Of a DNA stretch of 62,353 bases, positions 23,150-34,706 are shown piece by piece. Under the pieces are notes generated by a model, which did no database searches, was not told where the DNA came from, and saw only the letters and a program-made list of their open reading frames with translations. Each line of letters starts with the position of its first letter. Positions within the stretch are counted from its first letter, which is position 1. The stretch is from Chara braunii (lineage: Eukaryota > Plantae > Charophyceae). The position numbers were made by a program, and so were the translations under genes. Location: contig BFEA01000029.1 of the NCBI GenBank assembly GCA_003427395.1, forward strand, positions 609,447 through 671,799. The letters are read 5' to 3'.

Positions 23150-23797
23150 GATTAGCTCCCCTGAAGGTTTACTCCTATCTTTGTATCAGCTACGGTAACC
23201 TCAAAAGAATCAGTTCGGTTTCTGTTCAGTTTTACTTCAAGTTTCAGTTCCACTTTATTGTAGCTTAGGGAGCTTGATTTCTGGAATGTCAGGTCTTGTG
23301 ACTTTCTGCACGCTAAAGCCTGAGCTAAGCTGACTGATGCTGTCAGTATCCGGGTAGAATGGTAAGGCCTCTGGCCTCGTTTGGATATCGAAATGAATTG
23401 AGAGAATTTGAGACTGTTCAGAAGAGGGGAAAGGAAAGATGATGGTGATGGTGGTGGGGGGGGAGGGGAGGGCGGGAATCTCTTTTTTTGGGCCTGAAGG
23501 AGCATAGTTTGACTCCCAAATTGAGTGGACAGTTACTGCATATGATAGGTTACATCCAAGCAACGTACGAGCTTAACAAAGCTCTCGTTGCAGTGTCATG
23601 CACACGATGGAAACCTCAGAGTCGCTTCAAAAAGTTCAGTTTTCGAAAAGCAGGAATGTCCACAACAGACCCTAATAGATATGAAATTGCATCACTGTCC
23701 CTGTAAGACGTATCGTGACAGTGAGGATGGTCAGGTGCATGGATGTGGTCAACATCTTAGTGCACTATCATAAGCATTGGAAAGTCGGAAACCATCT

Positions 23798-23835
<38 letters not shown>

Positions 23836-25073
23836 GAAAAGGCCCAGTGCCCAAGGCTCCAATTGCGAAATTGATTACAACGCTTATACGCACGACTCTT
23901 CCCATTAGGGCTGGAAGAGCCTCAGCCACTGCTCCCCTGGAGACAGCTTCCCTGCATATCACAAATGTAGCATTGTCACAGGGCATTGATTGCTTCTTCA
24001 GTGAGGAAGGATTAACCCCGTTGTGTGCAGAATCAATCTCTGCCCTACGAAACTCCTCAGTTATCCCTACTTCAATCTTCTACATGGTGAGGAGTAGGGG
24101 AGATATCAAAACAGCAAAGAGATTGATAACAGGGCAAGAAAGTTTAGTAGTTCATTAGTAATTACGACGAGCTTCCCCTAAACAGCAGCAGTTAAACACA
24201 GACACAAACCAAAAGGGAGCACAGTAGTTGGAAGAAAATTATAGTCTATATGTAAAGACCATCAAACCAAGTCAAACCCTAATCAATGACAACCGATTTG
24301 ACCATTGCAATCTCTTATCTAAGGTTGCCCGCACCAACATGCCCCCCACGATCCTAATTTGGCAGCAAAACCACTCAAGTGGGGAAGGCACTGTTGCATT
24401 GTTGCAAAACAATTCAAAGCAAAATACCCACGTAGAAGGACACAAATCAATCGCATAAGCAGTCCTGATGCGTAACACCACTGCACCTCCTGCCCTGCCA
24501 CGTGGTAGAAACCTATGTTTATAGCAAAAAGAATGTGCCCACCCGCAAACTGGTCAATCGAAGGTGCGCTCAAGTGGGAAAAAGTTGAAAAAAAGTCAAA
24601 TCGCAATACCCATGTGGCAGAGCATAAATCAATAGCCTATGCAGCCCCAGTGCCGATCCTTACAGCACCTCCAGGCTCCTGCCCTGCCACGTGGCCAATA
24701 CCTATGTGTATAGACACGTAGCAAAAGTTTAAATCGCCAATTCCACATGACAAATCACTGAACAACCACATGAGCAAACCCTACCCGCCCTGTTGGCACG
24801 TGGCCAAAGTCAGATGCGGTAAAGCCAACCAATCACGGACAACCCTATCCAACCCGGTCATCTGGCATTCATTATCCTACCCCTTCGCGCCACCATCCCA
24901 CTCCTTGCTCCCCCGCACACCCTTCCACTTTACAGAACAATCCATTCCGCCCTTCCCCCCAATCACCACCCAAAAATCGGAAGAAGGAAAACAAGAGGGG
25001 AGGAGGAGGGGGGGGGGGGAGGAGGAAGAGAATGCCCAGTCACACTTGCCACACTGTCAGTATTGTTATTGTT

Positions 25074-25105
<32 letters not shown>

Positions 25106-25790
25106 CACTCCCGGATGTGCACGAGCTCATGATCACTCCTTTTATGCCACTGTCGTGCACAGTATTATTGTTGTTGTTGTTGGTGGTGGCCTGTGCAGAT
25201 ATCGGCGTCTTAGTCGCAGGCACTATTGGTATGATTGATTTCGCTGATGTCATCGTCGTTTGCGCCATCTCTGTTCTTGAACACCCCAAGTCATGTGCAC
25301 TCATCGTGGCAGGCGCAGGTGCAATGATCGTTGGTGTAGGTGATGAGAACGTGGTTGCAGGTGTCGGTGAGATTCTTGGAGCTGGTGCTGCTGGTGCGAC
25401 CGTGGACAACATGGTGATTGGCAGCTCCCCTCCTGAGCGCTTGGCCAAGTCAGCACCTCGCTCGAGCCCCTCTTCAAGGAGCGTGTAACAATCGTTGGAC
25501 AGGGCGTCCACCTGACGCCAGTCAACAAACTCATCCAGCTCCGGAGCCGCCCCCTCCTCCAGCACCCAGATAACCTCCAACACCGTCTGTATCACGGTTT
25601 CCACCCATTTCGCCCTCCACCCATTTCGCTCCTGAGATTGCTCCCCCAACAACCTTTGGTGGAGGCGGAGTGGAGACAGAGAGGAGAGAGACCATATGAA
25701 GATGTTGCCTGCTGTCTTCCAGGCTGGATAGCCATGCATCAGCAGCTTGTCGGAGATTCCCATCTGAAGCCATGTGGACGACGTCAACTT
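23150..25790 (-). pseudogene. Possible decayed multi-exon gene of unknown product
   Basis: Coding-looking blocks: the 274-aa ORF 24963-25787; KIEVGITEEFRRAEID... at ~24080-23880; and ttacag|..DSDAISYLLGSVVDIP..|gtacgt at ~23700-23568 with a stop. No recognisable domain. Confidence 0.2.
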
Positions 25791-26284
25791 ACCTGCTGTT
25801 CTGGCTCCCGTTACTTGTTGCCGTTCCTATTGTCGCGCAAAGACACTCCAGTAGCAATAGACACGATGCTCACTAAAGCTTCGCTGCCATGGCCGCCGCC
25901 GCGCGCCGCCCTGACCCTCCACCGTTACGAAGACGACCTCGGCTAGTCCGAGGACGTGGAGCGGATGCCCGCCGAGCCTTGTCGGGCGGGAGCACTCCGT
26001 GCGTTCATGCTTGCATGGTGATAGGAGTTGAAACCATCTGTTAATGACGCTGCCGACCTCCTTCCCGTAAGGGCCTCCGCCTCGCCACATGCCCACAGCA
26101 ACTTCTCCAACCTTTTTTTTTTTTTTTTTTTTTGTCAGTAAAGGTCTCGGAACTTCTCCAACGGTAGAAATTGACCTAAATGCTAAAAAAGTTAAACAAA
26201 ACAACATAGTCCCTATCTGTTGGTGAAACTTCTTCAACATGTTGCTTTCGAGGCATTCCAAGGGACAACCAAGGGTAGCTGTTG

Positions 26285-26633
26285 GGACGACGCTGACCGG
26301 AGCTGGGGCGAGTCGTGTTGCTCTGTAACCTAGCCGGGTGGGGGTGTAAGACAGTGTTGGACAGTTTTAGAGAGTTTTGTTTGGGAGTCTAGGGGTTCTG
26401 AGCATTCGAAAAGAGGTCAGTAGTCATTCACTGTTTTTTAACCTCTCCTTTAATTCTCTTGAATTTCTTCAATAGTTCTTAGATTCATTCTCAGCCGAAG
26501 CCGGGTAATGGCCCCGGTATCTCAAATGACTTGTGTAACTCTATATGGGACGCTGGGCCCGGTTCCCAGCACGTGCTGCTCCCCACGAATAGACAGGAGC
26601 ATTTGTCCTAAAAAAAAAAAAAAAAAAAAAAAA
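26285..26633 (+). mobile_element. Family X 3' fragment with structured tail and poly(A)
   Basis: gggacgctgggcccggttcccagcacgtgctgctccccacgaatagacaggagc at 26547; A-run at 26610-26633. Confidence 0.75.
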
Positions 26634-27919
26634 GAATTGGCTGGGAAAATGACATAAAGGAAACCGAAGCGGTACCCAAGACCACTTTGGTTTCTCATAC
26701 CTGTCCCGCCTCTCATGCATCCTATAGAGTGGTCGTAGCAGGACGGGTCCTACGTACTTACGATGCCTGCAGGCGGGCCCCCGTTAAAATCTTACGATGC
26801 CTGCGGGATGGGCTTCATCCGGGATAGTGCCTGGTCTGTCATACCCACTGGAGAGGTCACTAAGGGGTACACATCAAGGGGATTCCTCCAGGTAGTAGAC
26901 TCATCTGGGAAAAGGGTAGGGTGGTTATCGTACCGTTCATAGAAGTGTGGTTCGCCACCAGAGTCTGTGAGGTTGATGCAGGTTGGAAATAGCCCAATCT
27001 GCTCCGGGTCGTCCCTGAGTAATCAGGGTGTCCTCTATGGTAGCAGTCAGGGGTCTGTAGCTAGATCCTTGGCACATTGCGGGTTTGGGAGCCTTGGTCT
27101 AGTTAGGCTAGGTCTAGGTAACCAGCTATAGGGGCTCGACTTATGACAGTTAAAAGTAGCACAGTTAAAAGTGTAGTCTCCATGGTTAGGTATCCCCAAA
27201 AATGTGGATCCTCTAAGTCATCCCCCCACTGGTTGAACATGCAAATCAGACACTTCCCGAGGCATAGAGCCCAGCCGCTACTACCACATGGATTTTTTTT
27301 TAAAAAACAAAAAAAACAAAAAAACAAAAAAAACAAAAAGACATAAGAGCCCAGAGGGCAGGAGGAACCCTTATCTGTCCAAGCCTCAGGCCAAATCTCA
27401 AAGCAAGAGGGTTATTTGAGAGCTGGGGCGAGGACTCTTGAAACGGCGATTATTGCAGGCTTTAGCGACTCCATGTTTCGAGATTTCCCATGGAATGTGG
27501 ATTCTAACACCTCACAATTTTTTTTTTAGGTTGGAGTTTCGTCAGGCTTCGTCTCCATGCCAAACTCCAGAATTTTCTAGATTCGAGAGTGGTGTCACGG
27601 ACCCATGATGGTAAGACCCTCTGTGGCCGTCAGCTGCCGGTAACTGGCCGCTGATTTCCTGACAAGCATTTTTCATTTGATTACGTATGGACTTGGCTGC
27701 TTTACCAACGTGTTTCCTAGGCATTCTCAGTACTCTGCAACATTTTTCAGTATTCTTGGCTTGACAACAATAAGGCCTTCTATGGACAGTTGGTGGACAG
27801 CTGTGGGTGGTGGGCAGGGGCTGGGTGAAGGAGGGAGTCTCCACTGGTGGCCCCCCGGTGGACCTCCCCCCAACACCCGACCGTGCCACAGGTTGGGCGG
27901 GGAAATACAGTTTCGAGAT

Positions 27920-28064
27920 GGGACGCTGGACCCGGTTTCCAGCACAAGTGGTGTCCTGTTCAAAATAGAGAAGTGGTAAAGATGTATTCGAGGGACGCTG
28001 GACCCGGTTTCCAGCAGGTGATGCCCCCCACCAATAGATGGAGCGGTGTTGTCCAAAAAAAAAA
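27920..28064 (+). mobile_element. Tandem LINE-type structured tails followed by an A-run
   Basis: gggacgctggacccggtttccagca at ~27920 and ~27992. Confidence 0.7.
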
Positions 28065-28490
28065 TTGGTACACCCATGCGCTATGGAAATGCAGACCTGA
28101 GTTCAGATCCATATGAACTTCATGAATGAAATCAAATAATTCTACAGCGCCTGGGACTGGCCAGTTTGACAATGATATGCCAAGGCTGTCACCCCTTTAA
28201 ACCACAGACTGAGGGCCTCGTTCGACACCACTTGAACTCAAGGGCTGAAGGAAAATTCTTCGTTCGACCTCACCCTAACCTGGCCGCGGGGTTGTTTCTA
28301 CTTTCCACCTCTCTAGTGCCAGCCCTCGAAACTCGAGCGCGGCCGGGGCAAAATTGCGCTTGAACTCAAGGTACCTCTCTGGGGAGCCTTGACTTCAAGT
28401 GCCAGCAGATACCACCAGCACTCCAAGTGGGGCTTTTCTTTGTTTTTCTTTTTTCCCAGCAGGCGATCCTGCCGTGGAGTTCGGTCTCTG

Positions 28491-29130
28491 TTTTTTTTTT
28501 TTTTTTTTTTTATGGGAATAAGGCTCCAATCTATTTGTGGGGAGCAGCATGTGCTGGGAACCGGGCCCAGCGTCCCATACGGAAATTTACATAGAATTTT
28601 GAGATACCGGGGCCATGGCCCGGCTTTGGCTAAGAAAATTTTGAGCTACTTAGAAAATTACTACGACAAACTTCAGAAAAGGTCTGCCCACAACAAAACA
28701 CGCCACCACAGAGGTCCTACAAATGCTCAAAAGCCTGTGCATCCCTAGCAACCCTTCTAAAGCTCTCCAGCACTGTCTTACTCCCTGCCGAGCTATTCCC
28801 GGCCTCAAACCCCCAGCCTGCTGGGTTACAGGGCAATACGACTCGCCCCAGCTCCGACCAGCGTCGTCCCAGCAGCAACCTTGGTTGTCCCTTGTAATTC
28901 CCACCCCAAAGCATCCCCAGATCTCTCTACCAGGCCTCACACTCCTGCATCAGCAGGTTACAGGGCAACACCCCAGCACCGGCCAGCGTCGTTCTGGCAT
29001 CGAACAGCCGCAGATCACTGAGTAGATCAGCAATGGAGCCGTCTAAGATGAGTTGCTAGGAGTCCCCAGAATCCTAGATCATTCTTAAGACCCCCATTGG
29101 CAACCATCAACAACCAACAAAACCTTGGAT
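28491..29130 (-). mobile_element. Family X 3' fragment with structured tail and poly(A)
   Basis: Closely similar to 48295-48890; T-run at 28491-28511. Confidence 0.8.
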
Positions 29131-29362
29131 CAAGCTTCCAGCGATCAATGTGTGCCTAGTAACTGGCCTCTACAACACCCTGGACTTAACAAAAAAAAAA
29201 AAAAAAGGAAAGCAGGAATTACTGCAGGAAAGGGAAAGACAGAGCCCAGAACCACAGCGGAGTACGGGGGAATAGAGAAATGGAGGGTAGCCCTGTCTCC
29301 TGGAATTGGGTGTCAAACACGGGTCATAGAATCGGGTCGCAGGACTACAGACAACATAATTC

Positions 29363-29525
29363 TTTTTTTTTTTTTTTTTTTTTTTTTGAGAGAACAACCC
29401 GATCGGATGCTAGGTGTGCTGATAAGAGCAGACACATCTAGCACCGTCGGGGAGGCTCCATCTATTGGTGGGGAGCAGCACCTGCTGGAAACGGGGTCCA
29501 GTGTCCCTTTGATACATCTTACAAT
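29363..29525 (-). mobile_element. LINE-type structured 3' tail with poly(A)
   Basis: Same three-part structure as 18742-18859; T-run at 29363-29387. Confidence 0.75.
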
Positions 29526-29912
29526 ACAGAGATTGCTGTTTGTTGTTCCCCGGGGCTGCGGCCAATTCAGACTCAACTTTGTGCTCCGAGATCCCATGGA
29601 GCTGCTAGTGTCACCCGTCCCTTCTTAGGAGCACCGCTTATCTCTGTTACTTGGGTAAGTGGAGAGTAGCACAACAGTGGGACTGTCTCCATCCCCTCCC
29701 CTCCCCCCAGGAACAGCCAATGGGAACTGACTATACTGCCCCCTCCATTGGACCGCCAAAGATGCTAGCGACCCACGCTGGGGTGTACGGGGATGTAGCA
29801 TAGAAAGGGCCACCAATCTGTGTCAGCTACCTGACCAACTTGGGATGGGCGAACCCGGTACCTAGTACGATTCACAATTGCATGTCTGATCACACAAACA
29901 ACCACATTGTTC

Positions 29913-30060
29913 AGGGACGCTCTCCACCATTTCCAGCAGGTGCTGCTCCCCACCAATAGATGGGGCCTACCCGACACTGATAGGGGTGCCTGCTCTCATC
30001 AACACCCCTAGCATTAGGCCGGGCTGTTCACCCAAAAAAAAAAAAAAAAAAAAAAAAAAA
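29913..30060 (+). mobile_element. LINE-type structured 3' tail with poly(A)
   Basis: Pseudoknot core plus hairpin taggggtg/cacccta; A-run at 30034-30060. Confidence 0.75.
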
Positions 30061-30916
30061 GGAACATTCAGACCGAAAAAAACACCTGCCTTAGTGCTTT
30101 AATCAGCCCAACCCTATCTGCCTCCCCCCTATGTCCCGATACTCAATCTCTACCAGGCCTCACAACCCCAACTGGTAGGTTACAGAGTGGCACGACCCAG
30201 TTCGGTCTCAACTGCGCGTTTCAAGTGTTTTGTGAAGTGCCCATGGAACGAAGATTGCAGTAAGTATTTTTTAATCACGATTTTCGGGTTAGGGCGCACT
30301 TGAGACTCTAGGGTTCTCTAGTGCTGTAGAACGAGCCCTGAGTACCTTTCTCAGCTATTGATGCCTAGCCTAAATTCGCCCTGCGTGCGAAAAAACAAAC
30401 CGGCACAGGCCTCATTTTGGCTGGCCCTGCCAGCCATTTTTTCGGTCCGGTAGCGCTGAGCCCCGCCGGCCTCCGCGTTTCCCGTCGCGTCATGCCAAAA
30501 AGCTGGGAAAGGTACTGGTGGTTTGAAGAAAAGAAAAGAAAAAAGTGGCTGCCGGCCGTCAGGTACATAAAAAGGTGCAGCCTCCGCATATAGCTGTGAG
30601 TCCCTGTGACACCCAACCTCACGCCCGGCATGACTTCCTGATCGGAGTGGGATGTGGGCCTGGAAGTGCGAAAAGAAGTGTGCCAAGGATTTTTGGGAAA
30701 GTGGGGGTGGAGTCCCATGTCAGAACTGAGATCTCCTGTGACAATGTTTCAGGGGCATAGGTGCAATAACGCTAAGGGATGGTTTACTTTCGGTCCAATG
30801 GCGGGTGATGTCGTGCAACGTAAGGCAGATGGTATGCGCGGTGCATCCTGGGTCGCCCGATCCGTCTGTTTAGCGACGGCGGTTCGGGAGAGGCCTGTTC
30901 GTGAGGGTTGTGATTC

Positions 30917-31354
30917 TTATGAGCTGGACCTCCAGGTGCGGACGCGTGGCGTTTGACGTCGGGCGTTATGGTTAGGCTCCGTAATTCTAGAGGCTCGGTG
31001 GTTGCCGGGTCGTCTGCAATTTCTGCACGGCGTGTGGGGCCAATACGGGGCTATGGAGTTCCACGGTACCACCGTAAGCTCGTGGTATGGGAGGAGGATG
31101 TGGAAGGGAGGGAAATTGGTAGCGATAACGACGAAGCCGGGGGATATGAAGTATTGCGTGTTATACGTAGTTGGGTAATCGGGACACCTCGGGACGCTGG
31201 TTACGGCACAGTGAAACTCCCTAGCGCACAGTCGGTTCTCGGTTAAACAGGGAAATTTCGGCTGTCTCCACCTAAGATATTCTTCCTCCCAGTGCTCTAA
31301 GTATTCCTGGTCCGCGGTGTACGACATCTTGTCATTCTGGCGTACGTATCTCAT
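30917..31354 (-). CDS. LTR-encoded 145-aa Cys/His/aromatic-rich protein of unknown function
   Basis: ATG-initiated open frame, with homologues in the other two LTRs showing synonymous-biased divergence. Confidence 0.7.
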   Translation of the reverse strand: MRYVRQNDKMSYTADQEYLEHWEEEYLRWRQPKFPCLTENRLCAREFHCAVTSVPRCPDYPTTYNTQYFISPGFVVIATNFPPFHILLPYHELTVVPWNSIAPYWPHTPCRNCRRPGNHRASRITEPNHNARRQTPRVRTWRSSS

Positions 31355-32280
31355 TGTGCTTAGATAGACAAGGGAATTTTCCGAGTATGGTGGCGGAAAT
31401 TCCTATCGGCGCAAATCCTCAGAAAACGGAAACTTCACACTTATTTTGGGGTCTGCATTTGTCTGTGGTCGTGAATCGCCTGCGTGTGGACACGTGTCGG
31501 CCGCGTGGATCAGATCGCGCTTACACGTGTGCACGCGAGGTGCTCCGTTGTACACAGGCCTGTTGGCTGATTCTTGTGCAAGAGTAACAGTTGAATCCTA
31601 CATGCAAAATTTCTACGTGGCACAAACAATCACCCAATCATATAATCATTCAGTGACCTCAAAGTCAGCAAATACTCCCATCATGCAAAGTGACATCGCA
31701 CCATACATTCGACATCACAACAACATCAACCTCTATCATTAGCCATTCATCGCAAGCCAGGGTGAACAGAAAGAGACTCTAAGACGACAAGCATGTCATT
31801 CAATCATCCCTTGTGCAGAACCTATCCATCAAGAAGGAGTAGATCAAAACCGAGGAGGAACGCCAATCGAGGGCGAAAACAAGGAAAGATGCCAAATCAA
31901 AAAATAAGGGCAGATCGCCCGAAGCCGAAATCAAAACTTATGTACAAGGTTTGAGAAAGACAAAGAAAATTACAGCTCCACGTCCATCCACCTCAACTCT
32001 CTCTCTCTTTCTCTCTCTCCGATGCGGACAGTCCGTCGTCACGCACCAACCCACGAAGTTGTCACCCCGCTTAGTCCTCCTGTGCCCGTCGGATTCGCCC
32101 ACGCGCTACAGTCCGTCGTAGCCCCATGCGTCAATCCCGCACATTCGGCACCAGCTCATCGGGTCGCCCAACTCCCACTTCAACTCACCTCTTACTTCGC
32201 TCGTGAGCCGACCCTCACTGATCGCGCTACCCTGAGCTTCCAGCAACTGTTTAAGAGAGCTATCTAATCGCACANCCGGA

Positions 32281-32288
32281 ATTTATAG
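32281..32288 (-). promoter_or_regulatory. TATA box in the LTR (also ~43965-43972 and ~12184-12191)
   Basis: ctataaat is conserved at the equivalent position in both subfamilies and is followed ~90 nt later by a conserved AG|GTGAGT. Confidence 0.6.
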
Positions 32289-33341
32289 CGTGCATGCATG
32301 CGCGAAGAACACGGAATTGCAAGGACTTAGGAAGAGAGAAGGATAGGGATTGCCTACGTTCTGCATGGCCAGACCGCGGCGTGGGGGACGTAGCCACTCT
32401 CCACGCATCNATCCGATCATNCAGCCCGAGGGCTGACTAGACACATCAAAACGAAAAGAGAGGGCGGGAAAGACGAAGCTCAAGAAGAAGGATACAGTTA
32501 CAATGGCGCCTGCCCAAAAATTACAGTTACACACAAGATTAAGGGCGCCGACTAATCAGAGCTCCGTTGCAGCCGCAAAAAGAAGCGCGCAGGTAAAAGC
32601 AACGCACGACAAAAGAAATCCCGAATTCCTAAATTCCTAAATTCCTAAATTCCTAACTAATGCAAAAAGAACTTCAATAAAGCGCAAATTCCGAAAAGAA
32701 AGTCCGATATTTCGAATCCGTCAAGGCTCGACAAAATTCGAAAACGAATTTAAAAGAAAATTCAAAAAGAATGAAGCAAAACTTCCCGCGCGATCTCCAC
32801 GCCGAAAACCCGACAGCAGAACCAAAAAAAAAGAAGCGACGTCAACCATTATCAATCGCGCGCGCGGCGGCGCGCCAGCCACTTAATCGACCATCTCGGG
32901 ACTCGCCCGACTCTGAACCGAGCCATCCGAAAAGAAGCGCCGCAAAAAGACGAAGAAGCGAGGATACCGATGCAATTTTTCCTTCGGTCCCAATCTCTCG
33001 TAATTAGCCCAACCTTCCCATCTTATGACCCCTCATTGTCACCGCGCAGAAGATCGCGCGGAACAGAAATTGGTTCGTCACATATGTGACGCCCAGGGGG
33101 TTCCAATCTTAAGCAAGCTCCTGCTTGCTTGACATTGCGACACGTGTCAATTTCTCTAATCGATCGACACATGGAGCTCTCTTCGTTGCCACTTACCGTG
33201 TGATAAGAGTGTGGAAGTCATCCAGTGTGGCATACGTGGCTCTATCCTACAAATTCCTCAGGAAGGGCTCTCTTCAATCGAAGAAGGGGATCGTCCTGCC
33301 ATCAGTGACCTTCAGGAAACAGGGGCGAGAAGCGTTCAATC

Positions 33342-34706
33342 CTACAAGTTCCCCGGGAAGGGCAATCTGATCACCGACGGGGGAGGTACTGGACAATTCT
33401 GAGGGAGAGGAGGCATGAACCGATTGATGGCCGGAGACTCGAAAGCGGGAAGGGAGGTGTAATGGATAGAGCGATGGATACAGGGGAAATGAGGTCCCTC
33501 ACGATGGTGGGGGAGGGAAGCAATATAGTCGGGGTAGAGAGTGGAGAGGGTGCGGCGAAGAGCGGTGCGAAAATTCTCATAATTTTCGCAGGCGGGGATC
33601 GTTCCTGATATAATGCAATATATTTCTATGTGGGTATATTCCCGCCAGTCCGCACTAAACAAGAGAACATGGAGAAGGAAAGAATCTACTACGGAGCGAG
33701 TGGTAGCGTGGGGAAAGACGGTGACTAGGAGCCGGGTGGCGTAGAGGTGATAGAAGAGGTCGGGAGGGAAGGGGCACCATCCAGCGGGGACGGCGAGAAA
33801 CGACCGGGGTTGAAGCCCGATCGCCCTCATCTTGACATAGGCGAAGGGCAGGTCGGGCGGGGGAACCAGACGAAGTTGGTGATTCGCCCTCCTTCGGCGA
33901 CGTCTTCTTGATCCCTCCGCTGTGGCTCCATCGCCTTCTCCTTCTTCCTTTGGCGGCTCTGGGTCGAGCCGCGGATTCCCCAACGATAGATCAGGCGGGG
34001 GTCCTTCCGTGATCGGCCGCTTCCCCTTCGCCTTTTCCAACCGCTTTTGTGCTTCTGCCTCCTCCTCTTTCTTACTTCGATCGAGCCGCTGACCCAGCTC
34101 ACCCGCTACACCTTCCTCCTCTGCTGGCTCACCTTCTTCGCCTTCCTCGTCCTCTCCTTGGACGTAATCAGGATCGTCACGATCTTCGCTCGATTCTTCT
34201 TCTTCTTCGTCTTCACTCTCCTCTTCTTCTTGTCGCGCGCTTCCTCGTCGGACGATGGGGTCCTACAGTGTGGGATCGGTGACGTTGATATTGAGGAAGA
34301 GAGTTTGGGACGGATAGACACAGTTGTCGTCATCCAGCTCAGTACACGTGGACCACAACAGGCGCGGCTCGAGCGTCCTGGAAAACACGTGAGTGTCAGA
34401 CTGATTGTCACACCGTGATAAGATGTCCAGAGGTAGGTCATCCACTAGCTGTGTCAGGAACACCAGCAGCTCGCCCGTAATGAGAGCTAAATTCCCGTCA
34501 TCCACCTTCCCAAACAGTATTCCAAACAGATCTCCCTCCGTCGCCATTCTCCAAGCTTGCACGATCAGCAGTTCCACCTCGTCATCTGGAAGTTTTGGTC
34601 CTTCTCCATACGGTGTGGCTCAGACCGGCGCAATCCTATTTCCAGCAAGCAAAAAGCGAGCTCTGCGTACGCCTCTCACCAGTCGTTCCACTTCTCCTCG
34701 TTTCAT
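33342..34706 (-). pseudogene. Extra sense-strand ORF between integrase and the 3' LTR (~455 codons, two in-frame stops)
   Basis: ORFs 34263-34577 and 33342-34040 share a frame that extends to an ATG at 34706; the linker is acidic (EEEESEDEEEEESSEDRDDPDY). Confidence 0.65.

Larger units (their letters stand above)
30605..33082 (-). repeat. 3' LTR of element A
   Basis: Reads TGTGACGAACC...GGTTGGGTGTCACA on the minus strand; direct repeat of 42295-44760. Confidence 0.95.

Noticed and set aside
28824-28995. Family X module as a twister ribozyme or CRISPR-like repeat
   Set aside because: Twister core and pseudoknot partners are absent, spacing is irregular, and the context is eukaryotic with no cas genes.
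33083-33110. gggggttccaatc as a tRNA T-loop, or the junction as a DIRS ICR
   Set aside because: No T-stem or cloverleaf; the element encodes a DDE integrase and no tyrosine recombinase.
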